DNA of 64,000 nt from a virus. The position numbers and the translations under genes were made by a program. Under the pieces are notes generated by a model that worked only from the letters and a program-made list of their open reading frames with translations, did no database searches and was not told where the DNA came from. Location of the stretch: IMG/VR virus record IMGVR_UViG_3300042348_000780; one strand, given 5' to 3'. Shown here in pieces: positions 40,770 to 50,415 of the stretch (position 1 is its first letter; the number at the start of each line of letters is the position of its first letter).

Positions 40770-40805
40770 ATAAATATTTTAACAAATTATCAAAAGGAAA
40801 ATCTC

Positions 40806-41849
40806 ATGGCACTACTAAAATACTACAACTCAAAAATACATGATCTTTATCTTTATGATCGTTTAGCAACCACAACTCAGTCATCTATTCCTGTTGGATA
40901 TAATCCAGATTGCCAATCATATGGAATTGCTGATTTTTCTGGTTGTTGTGCCAGAAATCGACATTTTTGTACTTTAATTGGAATTACATATGGTGTTCAA
41001 TTTGATCGTGAAAATGTTAATTTTTGGAATTGTTGTGCATACAGAGGAGTTCTTATCTCTCCAAAACATATGATTATTTGTGAACATTTCCGTGGACCAA
41101 GACCAGATCCAAATGATAATACATCTGGAATTGTTCTTCTTGGTAAATCTGGTATTCGTCATACTGTTAAAGTTGTTGCTGTAACTTTAAGTATAGGTTC
41201 CGACCAAACACTACTTGAGTTTGATCAACCAGTTCCAGAAGGAGAATTTTATATTTACAATAAGATCGCTGATCCTGCTTATGTTCCTAATGGAACACAT
41301 ATATGGGTTCAAGATTCTAATGGAAAAATTTATAAAAGAATTTTCAAAAAGGCAATATTTGTTGATGGAAAATTAACAGCGTGGCAAAGTGATCCATGTA
41401 TTGATGGTATAAATGATGGTCCTCATACAAGTGGAGATCCTGCAATATTCGTCGGTGATTCTGGTTCTCCCGCATTTGTTGTTAATTCAGAAGGAGAAAC
41501 ACTTCTATTAGGTTTAATGTATGGTGGACCTAATTTCCCACAAAAGACAATTGATAATATTAATGCAAAACTAAATCCACACGGATATAGTGTCAGTTTA
41601 GAAAAAATGACAGCACTTCCACAGGATTTAAATCAAGATGGAAAAATAGACAGTGTAGATTTGAGTATCTTTATGTCTAATTGGGAAGTAAATGGTGAAA
41701 TCGCTGATTTTAACAAAGATGGAAAAGTTGATGCTGAAGATATGTCAGAACTTCTTTCTAAGTGGGGTAGTTATGATTTATCTTCTAGTGCAGTTCATTA
41801 TACTACTACGGTTACTCCAATAGATCCAAATAATACTAAAAGAATCTGA
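40806..41849 (+). CDS. Trypsin-like serine protease domain with C-terminal dockerin/EF-hand-like pair
   Basis: LISPKHMIICEH, GSD, GDSGSP; DLNQDGKIDSVDL...DFNKDGKVDAEDM..LLSKWG. Confidence 0.7.
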   Translation: MALLKYYNSKIHDLYLYDRLATTTQSSIPVGYNPDCQSYGIADFSGCCARNRHFCTLIGITYGVQFDRENVNFWNCCAYRGVLISPKHMIICEHFRGPRPDPNDNTSGIVLLGKSGIRHTVKVVAVTLSIGSDQTLLEFDQPVPEGEFYIYNKIADPAYVPNGTHIWVQDSNGKIYKRIFKKAIFVDGKLTAWQSDPCIDGINDGPHTSGDPAIFVGDSGSPAFVVNSEGETLLLGLMYGGPNFPQKTIDNINAKLNPHGYSVSLEKMTALPQDLNQDGKIDSVDLSIFMSNWEVNGEIADFNKDGKVDAEDMSELLSKWGSYDLSSSAVHYTTTVTPIDPNNTKRI

Positions 41850-41897
41850 GATCTTATAAAATAGTTTTTTGCTATAAATACTATAAAGGAGGTTCCT

Positions 41898-42023
41898 ATG
41901 GAACTTTTAATGTCAAGCACTTTAGGTACTGTTTTTTATACTGTTGTCGTCTTTGTAGCAGGAGCACTCATCGGTGGTCCACTTTGGAAATGGATTGATT
42001 CCAAACTACCTTGGAATAAGTAA
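41898..42023 (+). CDS. Small single-TM protein (41 aa)
   Basis: Late promoter 41873, SD AAGGAGG, MELLMSSTLGTVFYTVVVFVAGALIGGPLWKW... Confidence 0.7.
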   Translation: MELLMSSTLGTVFYTVVVFVAGALIGGPLWKWIDSKLPWNK

Positions 42024-42028
42024 AAAAG

Positions 42029-42053
42029 AAACCCCCCAGAAATGGGGGGTTTT
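42029..42053. terminator. Bidirectional terminator
   Basis: aaacccccca-gaaa-tggggggttt between convergent genes. Confidence 0.8.
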
Positions 42054-42068
42054 CATTTATCTTGATCT

Positions 42069-42782
42069 TTAACCTCTTTTGCGTCTTGGTCCTGTGTAAG
42101 CGTCTGGTCCACGCAATTTAAGAATAGCATCTATTTGTGTGGCCACTTGTGGTGGTTGATTTGGTATTCTTACTTCTCCACGTGATCCACCCAAAGCTGA
42201 TTTTAAATCTCCAGCTAATGTTTTATCGGTTGGATTTGATCCAAAAGGAACTCCTCTTACTACTGATGATACCTTAGTTCCTGTTATTTTTGTTGTAGGA
42301 ACATTTAGAAATAATTCTCCAGTTTCTGGATTTGTATTAATATTCATTCCTCTAGATCTTGCTAATAATGCAGCTTTTTCTCGATCTGAAGATTTTCCTA
42401 AAATGTTAAAAAGCTTTTTGTGGTGTCTAGCCAACATAGCTCTACCTTCTTTAGTGTCTGGATAGTCTGCTCCTATCATTTCAGATAATATTGATTTATA
42501 ATGATTTTTTAAATCTTGAGCAGTATAATTACTTTCACCCATTATTATATTATCTGCTCTATTCATTCCAGTTATCCACCTAGTCAATCTTGCAATATTT
42601 CTTCGAGCTAGTTCTCTTGCATTATTTCTTCTGTTAGGATCATCAGTTTTTTCGCTACTATCTAGAATTCCTCTAGTTTTACGATTTAAATCTTTAGCTT
42701 GTGACATCCGTTTGTCAATATATCTATTTAATATTCCTCGTCCTCTTGGGGTGTCTCCGATTTCATTTATTTGCTCTTTCAT
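42069..42782 (-). CDS. Basic putative head-internal protein
   Basis: Late promoter on minus strand (42798-42805); QINE/IGDTPRGR and LSE/..DTKEGR modules. Confidence 0.55.
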   Translation of the reverse strand: MKEQINEIGDTPRGRGILNRYIDKRMSQAKDLNRKTRGILDSSEKTDDPNRRNNARELARRNIARLTRWITGMNRADNIIMGESNYTAQDLKNHYKSILSEMIGADYPDTKEGRAMLARHHKKLFNILGKSSDREKAALLARSRGMNINTNPETGELFLNVPTTKITGTKVSSVVRGVPFGSNPTDKTLAGDLKSALGGSRGEVRIPNQPPQVATQIDAILKLRGPDAYTGPRRKRG

Positions 42783-42814
42783 ATATTTCTCCAGACATAT
42801 TTATAAATATTGAT

Positions 42815-43369
42815 ATGTTAATAGCAGGAATTGATTATTCTTTAAATGGTCCAGCAATCTGTGTATTCGAAGGAAAAGAATATTTTACATTTGAAAAATG
42901 TCAATTTTATTTTTTAACCGATGTAAAAAAGAATGCTACTATATTTTTAAAAAATATTCATGGTAAACTATTTGACGATTATGAAGAAGAGTGTGAAAGA
43001 TATGACACAATATCAGATTGGGTGATGAATAAAATAATAGGCTGTGAACAGGTAGCATTAGAGGATTATGCATTTAATGCTCAAGGAAGAGTATTTCATA
43101 TAGCAGAAAATACTGGAATATTAAAATATAAATGTTATCAGAATTCTATACCACTTGAGGTTGTTTCACCTTCGCATGTGAAGAAAATAGCCACGGGTAA
43201 AGGCAATGCTGATAAACTTCAAATGTATCAGGCTTTTTTGAAAGAAACTTCTGTCCCATTGAAAGATATAATATCCCCAAATAAAAAAGATATCGGAAAT
43301 CCAGTTTCCGATATCATTGATTCTTATTATATTTGTAAAAATCTTTTTTTACAGCTTAAGATTTCTTAG
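42815..43369 (+). CDS. RuvC-like (RNase H fold) nuclease/resolvase
   Basis: IAGIDYSL, ALEDY, AENTG.LK, KK.ATGKGNADK, DIIDSY. Confidence 0.8.
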   Translation: MLIAGIDYSLNGPAICVFEGKEYFTFEKCQFYFLTDVKKNATIFLKNIHGKLFDDYEEECERYDTISDWVMNKIIGCEQVALEDYAFNAQGRVFHIAENTGILKYKCYQNSIPLEVVSPSHVKKIATGKGNADKLQMYQAFLKETSVPLKDIISPNKKDIGNPVSDIIDSYYICKNLFLQLKIS

Positions 43370-43883
43370 TCTTTTTTTCATCTACAAAACCATCACCATT
43401 TTTATCTTCACCTTTGCCTTGAAGGTAATACCACGCTAATCCAAAGACAAGTGTTAAGTAAAATAATAAAGCATACCAATTCACTCTGCTCATCTTTACT
43501 TCTGTGCCTACAGGTAATTTAACTTCGGTCTGTGCTTCAATATTAATCTTTGTTGTATCAACAGTTTGAATACTAGTATTTTCTGGTAGAATTACAGTAG
43601 TATTTTTAGGAATAATAACTTCTTGTGGTTTTTCAATAATTGGTTCTTCAGATGGTTCTGGTTTTATTATAACCACAGTATCATGCTCTAGAGTTACTTC
43701 GGTCTTTTTCTCTGAATCTGTTTTAATATGAGATCCTTTTGGAAGATCAGCAGTAGTATCTTTTGCTATAACTGTGTCAGTTGTTTTATTAAGAACATCT
43801 GGAGTCGTTTCCACACCATTTGTTTTACATACAGACTTACAAGATGCTAATACACATAGTATTAAAATTAATAGTTTTTTCAT
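43356..43883 (-). CDS. Lipoprotein with C-terminal TM helix (unimolecular-spanin-like architecture)
   Basis: MKKLLILILCVLASC lipobox, beta-rich middle, WYALLFYLTLVFGLAWYYL TM. Confidence 0.55.
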   Translation of the reverse strand: MKKLLILILCVLASCKSVCKTNGVETTPDVLNKTTDTVIAKDTTADLPKGSHIKTDSEKKTEVTLEHDTVVIIKPEPSEEPIIEKPQEVIIPKNTTVILPENTSIQTVDTTKINIEAQTEVKLPVGTEVKMSRVNWYALLFYLTLVFGLAWYYLQGKGEDKNGDGFVDEKKTKKS

Positions 43884-44314
43884 GATTTATTTCCTGCTGT
43901 AGCACTACCAAAATAGAACCCAACAATCGCTAATAAAATCTGGCGATTCTCTTGGGTAAACAAATATCCATTCACCGTTTGAAAAATAGTTTCTGATGTT
44001 TGTGGAATCAAACCAAATAAAATTTCTGGATGTGTTTGATTGATTTCAACAACTGTTGGTATTCCAAAGAATGGAAGAACGAATGGTGCTGCTATTGTAC
44101 CAAACAAAACTGCCAAGACAATGATTTGTCGTACTGCTTTACCAGCATCAATCGGTACTCTTTTAGCAGCGGTTTCTCTTGTCTTTTCGTTAAAGTTATT
44201 AATATCTAATAGTCTTTTAAAGTTTTCTTGTTCTGATTGGCGTTTTTCTGCCATATAGCGAAACAAGAATCCAGTAGCAGATCCACCGATAAGTGTTAGA
44301 AGTTCTATTGGCAT
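43880..44314 (-). CDS. Holin-like membrane protein
   Basis: Hydrophobic segments ending AIVGFYFGS. Confidence 0.55.
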   Translation of the reverse strand: MPIELLTLIGGSATGFLFRYMAEKRQSEQENFKRLLDINNFNEKTRETAAKRVPIDAGKAVRQIIVLAVLFGTIAAPFVLPFFGIPTVVEINQTHPEILFGLIPQTSETIFQTVNGYLFTQENRQILLAIVGFYFGSATAGNKS

Positions 44315-44505
44315 TTCTTTTTGACTCCCTGTAAGACAATATAATTTTGAGGAATATCTTCTGGATTCATTTCTGCTCTTTTGACGGCTGCTTCAAATTC
44401 TCTTTTAGTCAAAAGCAATTCATATTGAAAACCATCAGAACTGACATGTGTACAAAAGACATATTCAAGTGCTTCATTACCTTTTTTTATTTTATTTTTT
44501 TTCAT
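44305..44505 (-). CDS. Hypothetical protein
   Basis: LLLT..EF..A.KRA..NPED motif. Confidence 0.55.
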   Translation of the reverse strand: MKKNKIKKGNEALEYVFCTHVSSDGFQYELLLTKREFEAAVKRAEMNPEDIPQNYIVLQGVKKKCQ

Positions 44506-44541
44506 ATTAGACCTATGAAAGTGTAAAATACAATATAAATC

Positions 44542-45021
44542 TTAATTAACACGTTTTCTCCTCAATATTTTTTGTGCTCTGGTATATTTTTTCTGTGCTG
44601 ATTTGCTCAGAAAAGTATCTGGTAAATCATTAACATTTTCTGGATTTGGTGATACTCCAGATATTCCACCACCACCAACAGACAATTCTTCATTTAAATA
44701 ATTCATTATATTTTCAAAAACAATATCTTTATCACCACCAAGTTTTTCAACATCCTCAGAAAATAAGGAAATAGCCGTGGTTAAATTTTTAAGTTTTGCT
44801 TTTGTATTTGGATTTGGAATCTGAGCAAGAAGTTTTTTGATGTTTAATATCAATTGATCATATGGATTTATTTTAGTGTCAATTAATATTTCACCGCTTT
44901 CATCTATAATACCATCCATGAATAATTTTGTTTTATTGTATGGTGTGGTAATATCTTTAATAAATTTAAAAAGAGTAAATGAATTTATTAGTTGATTTAT
45001 ATTTGTTGATTCATTTAACAT
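44542..45021 (-). CDS. Conserved T4-like phage hypothetical protein
   Basis: FIK..TTP....F.DGIIDE.G...L..NIKKLL pattern. Confidence 0.6.
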   Translation of the reverse strand: MLNESTNINQLINSFTLFKFIKDITTPYNKTKLFMDGIIDESGEILIDTKINPYDQLILNIKKLLAQIPNPNTKAKLKNLTTAISLFSEDVEKLGGDKDIVFENIMNYLNEELSVGGGGISGVSPNPENVNDLPDTFLSKSAQKKYTRAQKILRRKRVN

Positions 45022-45391
45022 CTTTTAATATCTCTAATATATTTTTATCAATTGGTATAGTTTCTATATTTACTTCTGGAATATATGATGGAAGATAGTT
45101 TAAATGATATAAAAAAGATTTTAAATATGAATGAAGATTAGATGGTATTTTAAAAAATAGTATTCTTGATATATTGTAAGCACCAAACATATTTTGAAGA
45201 GTTATGATATGATTTAATAATAATCTTTCTTTTAATATTTGATCTTTTTTATATTTTAATAACAATCTTTTAATATATTTGATTCTATTTAAATCTTCTT
45301 TAAATTCATGAAAACCCACACAACTCGGGTTTTCATATGCCTTCATTGTAAACATTATAAAAGTATCTGATGTTAACTTTTCACCAAACAT
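45011..45391 (-). CDS. Conserved T4-like (cyanophage-type) hypothetical protein
   Basis: Y.NP.C...EF.EDL.RIKYIKRL...KERLLLNHII. Confidence 0.7.
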   Translation of the reverse strand: MFGEKLTSDTFIMFTMKAYENPSCVGFHEFKEDLNRIKYIKRLLLKYKKDQILKERLLLNHIITLQNMFGAYNISRILFFKIPSNLHSYLKSFLYHLNYLPSYIPEVNIETIPIDKNILEILKDVK

Positions 45392-45396
45392 TCAAA

Positions 45397-46230
45397 TTAT
45401 TCGCCACTCAGTGTTTTCATTCCTTTAAACTTCTTCATCAGATGATTAGAAACACGCTTGATGAGTGCGTCATCTACCTTATTCTTATTTATTTTACCCA
45501 TACCAGCCAATTTACGAACAGCTGATTTTGCTGCAAAGGTTAATCTTGTTGTTGCTTCCTCATGAGTAAGTTTTTTCTTACCCTTCATTACAACCAAACT
45601 TCTGAATACTGGCTCTATGACCTTTGTCTTGATTTTTGGATTTTTCATGATCATGTTCATCACGGAAAGACCCATGTCCTTTGATTCCATAAGCATTTCA
45701 CCAGATTCATCATATTGTTCTTCAACTTGTGGTGTTGGAGTGTTATTTTCTGCCTGATCAATTAAACCAGACTTAGTGATCTGTATATCTGTGAAGTACA
45801 TCTTTCCAGTTGGTGTACCTGTCAAAGTAAAGGAAAGATTTAGAGGAACATATTCTTTACCTTTGTCAAATCCATTCTTCAATAAATCATGGGTAGGTGT
45901 AGTTCCGAAGATTTCTCCATAACGATTGAGTTGAAAGGAATGACTTCCTGTTGATAATTTAGTTTTGGAATTAAAATCAAAATCAAGTCCAGCATGGTTA
46001 AGTTTAGATCTAAGTAGATTTATTGCGGCTTCTGGTTCAATATAAGAACCTCCGAGATAAGCATTGACGAATGCCTGCATTCTCTTTAGTTGGTCTGGAT
46101 CGTCACGGAAAAGGCCAAAATCACTATGTGCTGATCTTGGTGTCTGAGTAAGATATTTATCGAATCCAGAACCGTCAACGGTTTGTTCATTTTCAACTAA
46201 TCTTGATAATAGTTTTTTGAAAAGACTCAT
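45397..46230 (-). CDS. Hypothetical late protein
   Basis: MSLFKKLLSRLVE N-terminus, coupled ORF run. Confidence 0.6.
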   Translation of the reverse strand: MSLFKKLLSRLVENEQTVDGSGFDKYLTQTPRSAHSDFGLFRDDPDQLKRMQAFVNAYLGGSYIEPEAAINLLRSKLNHAGLDFDFNSKTKLSTGSHSFQLNRYGEIFGTTPTHDLLKNGFDKGKEYVPLNLSFTLTGTPTGKMYFTDIQITKSGLIDQAENNTPTPQVEEQYDESGEMLMESKDMGLSVMNMIMKNPKIKTKVIEPVFRSLVVMKGKKKLTHEEATTRLTFAAKSAVRKLAGMGKINKNKVDDALIKRVSNHLMKKFKGMKTLSGE

Positions 46231-47147
46231 TATGCTCTCCCTTTAGATTTTCTTGATTTTGTTATTTTTTTTGCAGCAGCTTCTGCTTTTCTAGCTTTCT
46301 TTTTTGCTTCATCTCTGCCTCTATCTAAGGATCTGATCAATTTCTTTTGATCCTTGAGTTTTTGTTCTGCTGTTTTTTCTTTTTTCTTTGGTGCAGCTTT
46401 TGCTTTCTTTGACTTCTTGGTTCTGCGCTTTTCACCTGGCTGTGCAGCACCCTTCTTACCACCACGCATCATCATGGTTATAAATGTGGCATATCGATAG
46501 CGAGCATTTTCATCAGTATCATTGCCCTTGGTTGCTCTTATTTTTGCTTTTACTTTTCTGCTGCGAGCAATTCTATCTCTTTTAATAATCTCAGCCTTTG
46601 TCATAGTGCCACGATTATCTGGATTTACGATTTCTTCAGAGACTATTCCAGAATTCAATAATGCTTTCTCAACAATACCTTTTTTTGGTAATTTTCGTTT
46701 TGAATTATTTTTTCTCAATGATTTAATCTGTTGATAAATATAACCTCTAACAAGACTAGCATCTCGGTTTCTTTGTTTAATCTCTTTTGGTGTTAAAACC
46801 TTAGGATCTACAGGTGGTTTATTTACGATTTCTTCAGAGACTATTCCAGAATTATTTGATTCTGTCCGATATTTTTTCCGAAAAATTAATTGCCTATCAC
46901 GAATAATCTTATGTGCATTTTTAGGTAGAACTCCTCTAGCAATTAATTGGTTTACATAATTCCTTTTTGCTGGTGAATTTCCTCTACCAAATAATCTATT
47001 AACGTGTATAAGCATTTCCCTATGTTTATCATCTGCATATTCGATTTCTTCAGAGACTATTCCAGAATTCAATAGTGCTTGCTCAACACGCTCATAGACA
47101 TTAGCGTTTTCTCTTGCTTTTGATTTTAGTTCTTTTTTTGATTTCAT
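46230..47147 (-). CDS. Highly basic modular protein with three NSGIVSEEI repeats
   Basis: Lys/Arg-rich; 28-bp identical repeats at 46628, 46826, 47042. Confidence 0.65.
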   Translation of the reverse strand: MKSKKELKSKARENANVYERVEQALLNSGIVSEEIEYADDKHREMLIHVNRLFGRGNSPAKRNYVNQLIARGVLPKNAHKIIRDRQLIFRKKYRTESNNSGIVSEEIVNKPPVDPKVLTPKEIKQRNRDASLVRGYIYQQIKSLRKNNSKRKLPKKGIVEKALLNSGIVSEEIVNPDNRGTMTKAEIIKRDRIARSRKVKAKIRATKGNDTDENARYRYATFITMMMRGGKKGAAQPGEKRRTKKSKKAKAAPKKKEKTAEQKLKDQKKLIRSLDRGRDEAKKKARKAEAAAKKITKSRKSKGRA

Positions 47148-47166
47148 TGTTTTCCTCTATATTTAT

Positions 47167-47826
47167 TTAATATTTACATTGTCTTCCAGCAGGGCATGAT
47201 GCCTTCGATCCTTTTGGGCCAGCCCATAGTTTTTTACATGCCCAATACTGAGCAGATAATTTTGATTTCTTTTCATCACATTTATGTCTGGCTCTAAATG
47301 ATTTTCTAGCAGCAGACGAGTAATTGTGACCATAACCTTTAGCACCAAAATGTACGATTTGTTCCTTGCCACCTTCACATGCCTTTACCATCATCTTTTT
47401 TCCAGGACTTGTGGATGGAACAGGTTTATTACATTTCATTGAATCTTTTGATTCATTTACTGATTTCCATTTTCCACCCTTACTATTATAAATTCCAACC
47501 AATCTTCCCATTTTTAATGCGCCATGTTTTTGATGTGCATTTTGTGCTTTTATTCTTGCCCATAGAGATGGATTGGTTGGGACGTTTTCTTCACTTAAAT
47601 GAGAACTTACACGTTCTCTGCTTTTTTGTTTTCTGCGTATGGCTTTTATTTTTTGAGATTTAGTCATTTGTCCCCAGGTTTCTGGTGTCTTTCTAGATAT
47701 TTTTCTTGATGGTCTACACTTTGGATATTTACCTCTTTTATAAGATTCACCAGATCCACATTCTTTACCATATTGGTCTTTCCATTTTTCTTTAAACCAT
47801 CTACGAAGATCTTCTTTAATGTCCAT
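47167..47826 (-). CDS. Basic modular protein (DLRRWFKEKW / P.NPSLW / SFRARHKC..YWACK modules)
   Basis: Modules common in large phages, separated by [ILV]xE sites. Confidence 0.65.
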   Translation of the reverse strand: MDIKEDLRRWFKEKWKDQYGKECGSGESYKRGKYPKCRPSRKISRKTPETWGQMTKSQKIKAIRRKQKSRERVSSHLSEENVPTNPSLWARIKAQNAHQKHGALKMGRLVGIYNSKGGKWKSVNESKDSMKCNKPVPSTSPGKKMMVKACEGGKEQIVHFGAKGYGHNYSSAARKSFRARHKCDEKKSKLSAQYWACKKLWAGPKGSKASCPAGRQCKY

Positions 47827-50365
47827 TATCAGCTCTATTCTCAGATTTATCTCTGACTCTCAAGTTTTTAACAGAATTATTTTGTGGGTTTCCATCTTTA
47901 TGATCCACGTCCTTGCCATCACCTTTACGAACTCTTCCCATCTTCATTAATTTTCTTCTGGCAAGAACACGCTTGACTCTATTTGCTCTTTGTTTTGCTT
48001 TTGAATGATAATTATCATATTCTCTTCTGTAGTTTCTTGCTTTTTTCTCTGCTATGAATGTTTTTGCATATACCAATGATTCCATTGGATTTTCATTCGC
48101 TTTTGTATCATCAGAATCAAAGAACGGAATATTCATGATATGAATATTTCTTTGTTTACCGTTTATATAAACAGTTGTTACTTTTGCACCATCTCTCTCA
48201 TCTGAAACATCATGAAGATTTATTGGACTTGCCTCAATAGTATCTACATTGGTTCTAAATATGTTCAATATTAATTGGTATCTTTCCAATGGTTTATTTA
48301 CAGTCTTATTTAACTTATATAATTCACTTAAATAATTTTTGAGGTAAATATTTTCAAATTGATCTTGTGAAGATGCTTGTTCTTCTTTTACCTTTATTTC
48401 AATTTCTGGTTGTGGTGTTGGCTCAGGTTGTTCAAATAGTTTTGACAGAATTGAATATTTAAATCTGTTTTCTTTTAATTTTACTTTAATACTATCTCTA
48501 CCACAGAATCGAAGGCTATCTAAAGATTCTGGAACTGGTATTCCCTGTGACATTATATTTTTAGACGCATTATCAAATGCAACTTGTTCACTTATGGTTC
48601 CACAGTGATCTAATTTAAAGTTAATATCAAATTTAAATAGATTTGAATCTATAATTTGATCGATATAAGCTTCAGATATTGCATTTAATTTTACATCAAA
48701 AGTTTCTGGATCAATAGTCATCATATGAGTCGCTGATGCTATTGAATTATCAAATTTTAAAGATCCAGTTAGCAACTCATGTAAGAATAGTTTCTTTGCA
48801 ATTCTTGTACTGAATATTTCTCTCAATTTAAAATTTGTTTCTGATTTAATTTCATGAATCTTCAAAAGATTTTGTTCTATTTGATTTCGAATATCAGTTT
48901 GCGTTGTAGTTGCTGCAACTTGTGGAACTGTATTACCTTCATACATTTTTAATTTATTTGTCAAAAGATTACCATAATCATTTAACTTCTTCACAATATC
49001 TTCAAGACATTTCTTATCAGAATCTGATATTGAAATTTCATTTCCAAATATATTTCTTTCGCTACCCAACAACAATGAGTTTATTTTTTGCACAACTGTA
49101 GAGAATATAGCCTTAGAATTATTATTTGTTTTTCCAGCGATTAGTGTTGTATTTCCATATTTAATATTAAATTTGATAAACTGTTCTTCTGGTGCAAGAC
49201 CAGATGCCATACATGCTGATCCATCCTTTGAACCTTTTGTGCATATATGAGAAAATACTACATCTGATATTGCATTATCTTTAGGAAGTGCAAAATTTTT
49301 CCATGTCTCTGAAGTAGGATAAGCCTGTGGTTGTAATATCTGAATATCATATTCAGTTATATTTCTACCTGTCATTTTCATGAACGAATCCATGAAATTT
49401 GCGGCAACCTTATCACCAAATTCTTTCATGTTATCAGAAAATGCATATTGATTTGCCTGATCATTAGAAATGGAATTATTTTTGACAGCATTCTTTGGAT
49501 CAATACCCTTCATTGCATTCAATGCAACAAATGGAACCCACTTGGCCATAGAGTGATCAATTTGTGTAGTGTCTTGTATTGGTGCAGATGGCATACCAAT
49601 ATCTTGACGAACTTCACCAGCCGAAGAAACTTTCTTGTCAGCCTTTTGAGTTGTTTCTTCTTTTTCTTCTTTTGGTTTTGTGACTTTATCACCCAAAATT
49701 CTTTGAGATGTTAAAGTATTTTTGAAGTTTTCATCTTTTGAAATTCTCATTGCGACTTCATAACTCATATCAGATGAAGGAATAACAACGGTATGCTTAT
49801 CTGATTCAAATGAATTCTTATCAACAATAAGAAGTTTTCCCTTTTCATCACGGACAACCATAGCAAGTCTTGCTGGGTCCATTTGACGAACTTCTTGCTC
49901 TTTTGCCCTCTGCTTTTGTTTTCTTCTTCTTGCCTCTATACGCATCTCTGCTGGTGATTTTTCTTCACGAAGATTTAATTTTTTCAATCTTTCTGATTCA
50001 CCTTTAACTACTTTTGGCATTATTTGCTTAACAACATTATTGATGAATTTTTTTCTTTTATTCACTGTGCTGTCGATTCTCATTCTTTGTGAGTATGATA
50101 AATCTTTCCAATTACCCTTATAGAGCTTCTTTTTTAGTTCTGTTCGAACAATTCTTCTGGCTCTATTTTTGAGTTGAGTACTTGATCTACGTCTTTTTGC
50201 TCTCATTTTTCGTAGAAATGCTCTACGTTTTGATGTTCTACGTGCGGCAATAGCCAACTTCATTCTGGTGCGAACGGAAGCGGCTTCATTTAAATTTTGA
50301 GAAAATTCTTCAAAATCTCCAGAACTTAACCAATCTTCAGGTAAAATATTCAAGTTTTCATTCAT
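47816..50365 (-). CDS. Large late protein with C-terminal HNH-like domain
   Basis: Basic N-terminus; RNYRREY...DVDHKDGNPQNNS..NLRV...NR C-terminus; late promoter 50374. Confidence 0.65.
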   Translation of the reverse strand: MNENLNILPEDWLSSGDFEEFSQNLNEAASVRTRMKLAIAARRTSKRRAFLRKMRAKRRRSSTQLKNRARRIVRTELKKKLYKGNWKDLSYSQRMRIDSTVNKRKKFINNVVKQIMPKVVKGESERLKKLNLREEKSPAEMRIEARRRKQKQRAKEQEVRQMDPARLAMVVRDEKGKLLIVDKNSFESDKHTVVIPSSDMSYEVAMRISKDENFKNTLTSQRILGDKVTKPKEEKEETTQKADKKVSSAGEVRQDIGMPSAPIQDTTQIDHSMAKWVPFVALNAMKGIDPKNAVKNNSISNDQANQYAFSDNMKEFGDKVAANFMDSFMKMTGRNITEYDIQILQPQAYPTSETWKNFALPKDNAISDVVFSHICTKGSKDGSACMASGLAPEEQFIKFNIKYGNTTLIAGKTNNNSKAIFSTVVQKINSLLLGSERNIFGNEISISDSDKKCLEDIVKKLNDYGNLLTNKLKMYEGNTVPQVAATTTQTDIRNQIEQNLLKIHEIKSETNFKLREIFSTRIAKKLFLHELLTGSLKFDNSIASATHMMTIDPETFDVKLNAISEAYIDQIIDSNLFKFDINFKLDHCGTISEQVAFDNASKNIMSQGIPVPESLDSLRFCGRDSIKVKLKENRFKYSILSKLFEQPEPTPQPEIEIKVKEEQASSQDQFENIYLKNYLSELYKLNKTVNKPLERYQLILNIFRTNVDTIEASPINLHDVSDERDGAKVTTVYINGKQRNIHIMNIPFFDSDDTKANENPMESLVYAKTFIAEKKARNYRREYDNYHSKAKQRANRVKRVLARRKLMKMGRVRKGDGKDVDHKDGNPQNNSVKNLRVRDKSENRADNGH

Positions 50366-50387
50366 AGCTTAAATATTTATAATATTA

Positions 50388-50411
50388 AAAAACCCTCCGA
50401 AGAGGGTTTTT
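50388..50411. terminator. Rho-independent terminator
   Basis: aaaaaccctc-cgaa-gagggttttt. Confidence 0.75.
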
Positions 50412-50415
50412 GGAA

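Noticed and set aside
46628-47069. 28-bp repeats as a CRISPR array
   Set aside because: Intervening segments are 170 and 188 bp, in frame within a CDS; no cas operon
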